A stretch of 64,000 nucleotides of DNA, from assembly GCA_012729375.1 (NCBI GenBank), contig JAAYDE010000100.1, forward strand, positions 10,414 through 74,413, written 5' to 3'. The DNA is from Deltaproteobacteria bacterium. Its GTDB lineage: Bacteria; Desulfobacterota; Desulfuromonadia; Desulfuromonadales; JAAYDE01. The position numbers and the translations under genes were made by a program. This document shows positions 60,787 to 64,000 of this stretch, piece by piece. Position 1 is the stretch's first letter. Every line of letters begins with the position of its first letter. The notes beneath the pieces were generated by a model. The model did no database searches. It saw only the letters and a program-made list of their open reading frames with translations, and was not told the DNA's origin.

Positions 60787-61303
60787 ATCAACAGAGAAAA
60801 CCTGACGCGATAATCCATCGGGTCCATGGCAGAAGGAAATTTCGGAGTAACCCGTTTCAGGTGGCAGGGCCGCCATCGGGTCGATGCAAAACTGTGCCTT
60901 TGACCCATTTGCGGCGTTGCTCGGTTTTTTCGAATGTTAACATTGTTTTGGCCTAAGCCTGTGCTTTTCATAGCCCTGGCGTCTGCCTTGAGAAACCGAT
61001 TCCTGGTTTTCAACAGCCTGCCGAGGAATTCTCCCAAAAAGAGCCAAATGGAGCGGTTACCGGCATTTTTCCCGGCAGGGAAACGGCATCGCCGCGGTTG
61101 CTTCCCATGGCGCCGTTAAAATCGGCCGACAGGGGCTTTCGAGCGCTTGACTTATTTTGGGAATACTTTTATAAAAGTCAAACTTAAATCCACCAACGCC
61201 AAAAAATGATTGTTTTATAAAGAAATTCAAAGACCTCCGGAAGATCGTCCGGTGTCGTTTGCGAGAGTTCATATTTGTTTCCGATGGGGAAAGGAGCGAC
61301 TTT

Positions 61304-62434
61304 ATGAAGAAAGCGTTTGTTCTCGGTTTAACGCTGGTTTTGGCCATGGCCGGAGCGGGGCTCTGCCTGGCGGCCGAACCGATCAAGATCGGCCTCATGG
61401 CTCCCGTGACTGGCTCCTGGGCCAGTGAAGGGGAGGACATGAAAAATATTGTCAACCTGCTGGCCGAAGAGGTGAACGCCCAGGGCGGACTTCTGGGGCA
61501 GAAGGTCGCCGTCGTTCTGGAAGATGACGCCGGTGATCCGCGCACGGCATCCCTGGCCGCTCAGCGTCTCGCCACCCAAGGTGTGAAAGCGGTGATCGGC
61601 ACCTACGGTTCCTCGGTGACCGAAGCCTCCCAAAGCATCTACGACGAGTCTTCGATCCTGCAGGTGGCCAACGGTTCCACCGCCATCCGGTTGACGGAGA
61701 AGGGGCTCAAATATTTCTTCCGGACCTGCCCCCGCGACGACGAACAGGGGCGCGTGGCCGCCCAGACCATACGCCAGATGGGTTTCAAAAAGGTCGCCAT
61801 CCTCCACGACAACACCAGCTACGCCAAGGGCCTGGCCGACGAAGGCAATGCCCTGCTGAAAAAAGACGGTGTCAAGATCGTCTTCTTCGACGCACTGACT
61901 CCCGGCGAACGGGACTTCACCGCCATTCTCACCAAGATGAAAGCGGCCAAGCCGGATGCGGTATTCTTTACCGGTTATTTCCCCGAACTGGGCTTGATCC
62001 TGCGCCAGAAGAAGGAAATGAACTGGCCGGTGCCCTTCATCGGCGGTGACGCCACCAACAATCCCGACCTGGTCAAGATCGCCGGCAAAGTTGCCGCGGA
62101 AGGCTACTATTTCCTCAGCCCTCCTGTTCCCCAGGATCTTCCCTTCGAAAAAACCAAGGCGTTTCTCAAAGCTTATACCGCCAAGCATGGCGCCGCCCCC
62201 GGCTCCATCTGGGCGGTATTGGCCGGTGACGGTTTCCTGACCGTCGTTGAGGCGATCAAGGCCACTCAATCGACGGACCCCGAAAAACTGGCGGCATTCC
62301 TTCACAGCGGTCAGCAGAAGATCTCCGGTCTGACCGGTGAAATCAGCTTCAACGCCAAGGGCGACCGTGTCGGCGAGGTTTATCGTGTCTATCGTGTCGA
62401 CGCCGACGGCAATTTCGTCCTGCAAGACAAATAA
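61304..62434 (+). CDS. livK: Branched-chain amino-acid ABC substrate-binding protein
   Basis: AAGGAG RBS, signal peptide, EDDAGDP, FFRTCPRDDEQG, HDNTSYAKGLA. Confidence 0.85.
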   Translation: MKKAFVLGLTLVLAMAGAGLCLAAEPIKIGLMAPVTGSWASEGEDMKNIVNLLAEEVNAQGGLLGQKVAVVLEDDAGDPRTASLAAQRLATQGVKAVIGTYGSSVTEASQSIYDESSILQVANGSTAIRLTEKGLKYFFRTCPRDDEQGRVAAQTIRQMGFKKVAILHDNTSYAKGLADEGNALLKKDGVKIVFFDALTPGERDFTAILTKMKAAKPDAVFFTGYFPELGLILRQKKEMNWPVPFIGGDATNNPDLVKIAGKVAAEGYYFLSPPVPQDLPFEKTKAFLKAYTAKHGAAPGSIWAVLAGDGFLTVVEAIKATQSTDPEKLAAFLHSGQQKISGLTGEISFNAKGDRVGEVYRVYRVDADGNFVLQDK

Positions 62435-62456
62435 ATAGGGCATTCGATGCCGTTGC

Positions 62457-62487
62457 GGCGGCGGCCGGCTTCCTTGCGGCCGCCGCC
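62457..62487 (+). other. Intercistronic GC-rich hairpin after the binding-protein gene (mRNA stabiliser or partial terminator)
   Basis: Perfect 11-bp stem GGCGGCGGCCG/CGGCCGCCGCC. Confidence 0.6.
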
Positions 62488-62563
62488 TGGAAACCTTGCT
62501 GGTTCTCTTGCGGGCGGCCTGTTGTGCAGCGGGCCGCCTGTTTACGTGCCCGGAAAAAGAAAG

Positions 62564-63469
62564 ATGGAAGAGTTTTTTCAGCAGTTGACGAACGGCCTCG
62601 CGGTGGGCTGCATCTATGCTCTCATCGCCCTCGGCTACACCATGGTCTATGGCGTTCTCAAGCTGATCAACTTTGCCCATGGCGATCTCTTCACCCTCGG
62701 CGCCTACCTGGGCCTGACCCTGCTCACCTCCCTGGGCCTGAGCGGCCGTCTCGGGCCGCTCCTCGGACTGCTGCTGCTGGCGGTTCTGGTCATGGGTTTC
62801 GTGGCCCTCACCGGCGCCCTGCTGGAGAGGGCCGCCTACCGGCCGTTGCGCCAGTCGCCGCGTCTTTCGGCGGTGGTATCGGCCCTCGGCGCCTCCATTT
62901 TCCTGCAGAATACGATCATGTTGATCTACGGCGCCCGAATCCACGTCTATCCCCAGGATATCCTGCCGAAAGTGGCCCTGGAAATCGGCGGGGTGTCCAT
63001 TCCCCTGGTGCGGATTCTGGTTTTCGTGGTTTCCCTGCTGCTGATGGGCGCCCTTTTCCTCTTTATCCAGAGAACCCGCCTGGGCACCGCCATCCGGGCG
63101 GCGGCCATCGATCAGGCGGCAGCCCGGTTGATGGGAATCAATGTCGATCAGGTCATTCTCATCGTCTTTCTGATCGGTCCCGGTCTCGGCGGCGTGGCGG
63201 GGCTGCTGGTCGGCCTTTACTACGGCCAGGTAAACTTCACCATGGGCTGGGTGTACGGCCTGAAGGCCTTTACCGCCGCCATCCTCGGCGGTATCGGCAA
63301 CATTCCCGGGGCCATGGTCGGGGGTCTCATCCTCGGTGTCATCGAGGCTCTCGGCGCGGCCTATATTTCGGTGGCCTGGAAGGACGCCATCGCCTTTCTG
63401 GTGCTGATCGTGATCCTGATCGTGCGCCCGACAGGCATTCTGGGCGAACGGGTGGCGGACAAGGTATGA
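62564..63469 (+). CDS. livH: Branched-chain amino-acid ABC permease
   Basis: QQLTNGL, YALIALGYTMVYGVLKLINFAHGD, KAFTAAILGGIG, RPTGILG. Confidence 0.92.
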   Translation: MEEFFQQLTNGLAVGCIYALIALGYTMVYGVLKLINFAHGDLFTLGAYLGLTLLTSLGLSGRLGPLLGLLLLAVLVMGFVALTGALLERAAYRPLRQSPRLSAVVSALGASIFLQNTIMLIYGARIHVYPQDILPKVALEIGGVSIPLVRILVFVVSLLLMGALFLFIQRTRLGTAIRAAAIDQAAARLMGINVDQVILIVFLIGPGLGGVAGLLVGLYYGQVNFTMGWVYGLKAFTAAILGGIGNIPGAMVGGLILGVIEALGAAYISVAWKDAIAFLVLIVILIVRPTGILGERVADKV

Positions 63470-63497
63470 CGATATCCGGGCGGTATTTTGACAAGAT

Positions 63498-64000
63498 ATG
63501 ATTGATGCGAAATACAAAATGGGGGGCTTCATCGCCCTGGCCATGCTGCTGGCCGTCTCACCCCTGTTCCTCAACGCCTACTGGGTGGATGTCCTCAACA
63601 GCGTCGGTCTCTATGCCCTGCTGGCCTTGAGCCTGAACGTCATTCTCGGCGACGCCGGTCTCTACAACATGGGCCACGCCGCCTTCTTCGCCGTGGGCGC
63701 CTATACCGCCGCCTATCTCAACACCCAGTTCGGCGTCCCCATTCTCTGGGCGCTGCCCATCAGCGGCATATCGGCCGGCCTCTTCGGGGTTGTCCTCGCC
63801 CGTCCCGTCATCCATCTGCGCGGTGATTACCTGCTGATTGTCACCGTCGGTGTCGGTGAGATCATCCGCATCGCTTTGATCAACAATGTCTTCGGCGTTA
63901 CCGGCGGCCCCAACGGCATCTTCGGCATCGCCCGGCCCGAACTGTTCGGATTCCGCATCCGCCGCCCCCAGGAGTTTTTCTATCTCATCTGGGGCTTTGT
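63498..64000 (+). CDS. livM: Branched-chain amino-acid ABC permease (runs off the window end)
   Basis: Manual translation MIDAKYKMGGFIALAMLL...SLNVILGDAGLYNMGHAAFFAVGAY...LRGDYLLIVT...TGGPNG. Confidence 0.88.
   Translation, partial: MIDAKYKMGGFIALAMLLAVSPLFLNAYWVDVLNSVGLYALLALSLNVILGDAGLYNMGHAAFFAVGAYTAAYLNTQFGVPILWALPISGISAGLFGVVLARPVIHLRGDYLLIVTVGVGEIIRIALINNVFGVTGGPNGIFGIARPELFGFRIRRPQEFFYLIWGF

Noticed and set aside
60884-60900. AGGCACAGTTTTGCA (minus strand) as a sigma-54 promoter for the liv-paaK operon
   Set aside because: GG-to-GC spacing is 9 nt, not the required 10.
63466-63501. Apparent frameshift at the start of the last livM (short MTISGRYFDKI* frame)
   Set aside because: An in-frame ATG at 63498 gives a complete-looking LivM N-terminus, so no frameshift is needed.

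Overview
GC-rich, gene-dense bacterial chromosomal window. Gene content and organisation suggest a Desulfuromonadales-like deltaproteobacterium (inference). I saw no rRNA, tRNA, IS element or CRISPR array. Most genes are housekeeping or metabolic: a two-component pair, galE, mutM, a cysE-iscR-iscS-iscU-mnmA-mtaB operon with an IscR-type box, gdhA, ridA, fhs, kbp, a short S1 paralogue, folE2, nfi, a GapN-like dehydrogenase, tenA, nupC, otsB plus a GH65 enzyme, and two Liv-type ABC systems. There is also a defence island (AAA ATPase + frameshifted DUF4276-like TOPRIM gene + complete Wadjet jetABCD). The most notable observations are: (1) an NCS2 nucleobase permease with a divergent substrate motif, fused to a degenerate RsbW-like anti-sigma domain and encoded directly behind a STAS anti-anti-sigma gene, suggesting a transporter-linked partner-switching module; (2) a dual-hexaloop ANTAR RNA element overlapping a terminator in the gdhA leader, facing a divergent GAF-ANTAR gene; (3) a full-length P-type ATPase whose phospho-acceptor Asp is Glu; (4) an in-frame LivF ABC ATPase::phenylacetate-CoA ligase fusion; (5) a RidA gene with two RBS-backed starts, one adding a signal peptide. 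All calls come from reading motifs by eye; no database searches were run.
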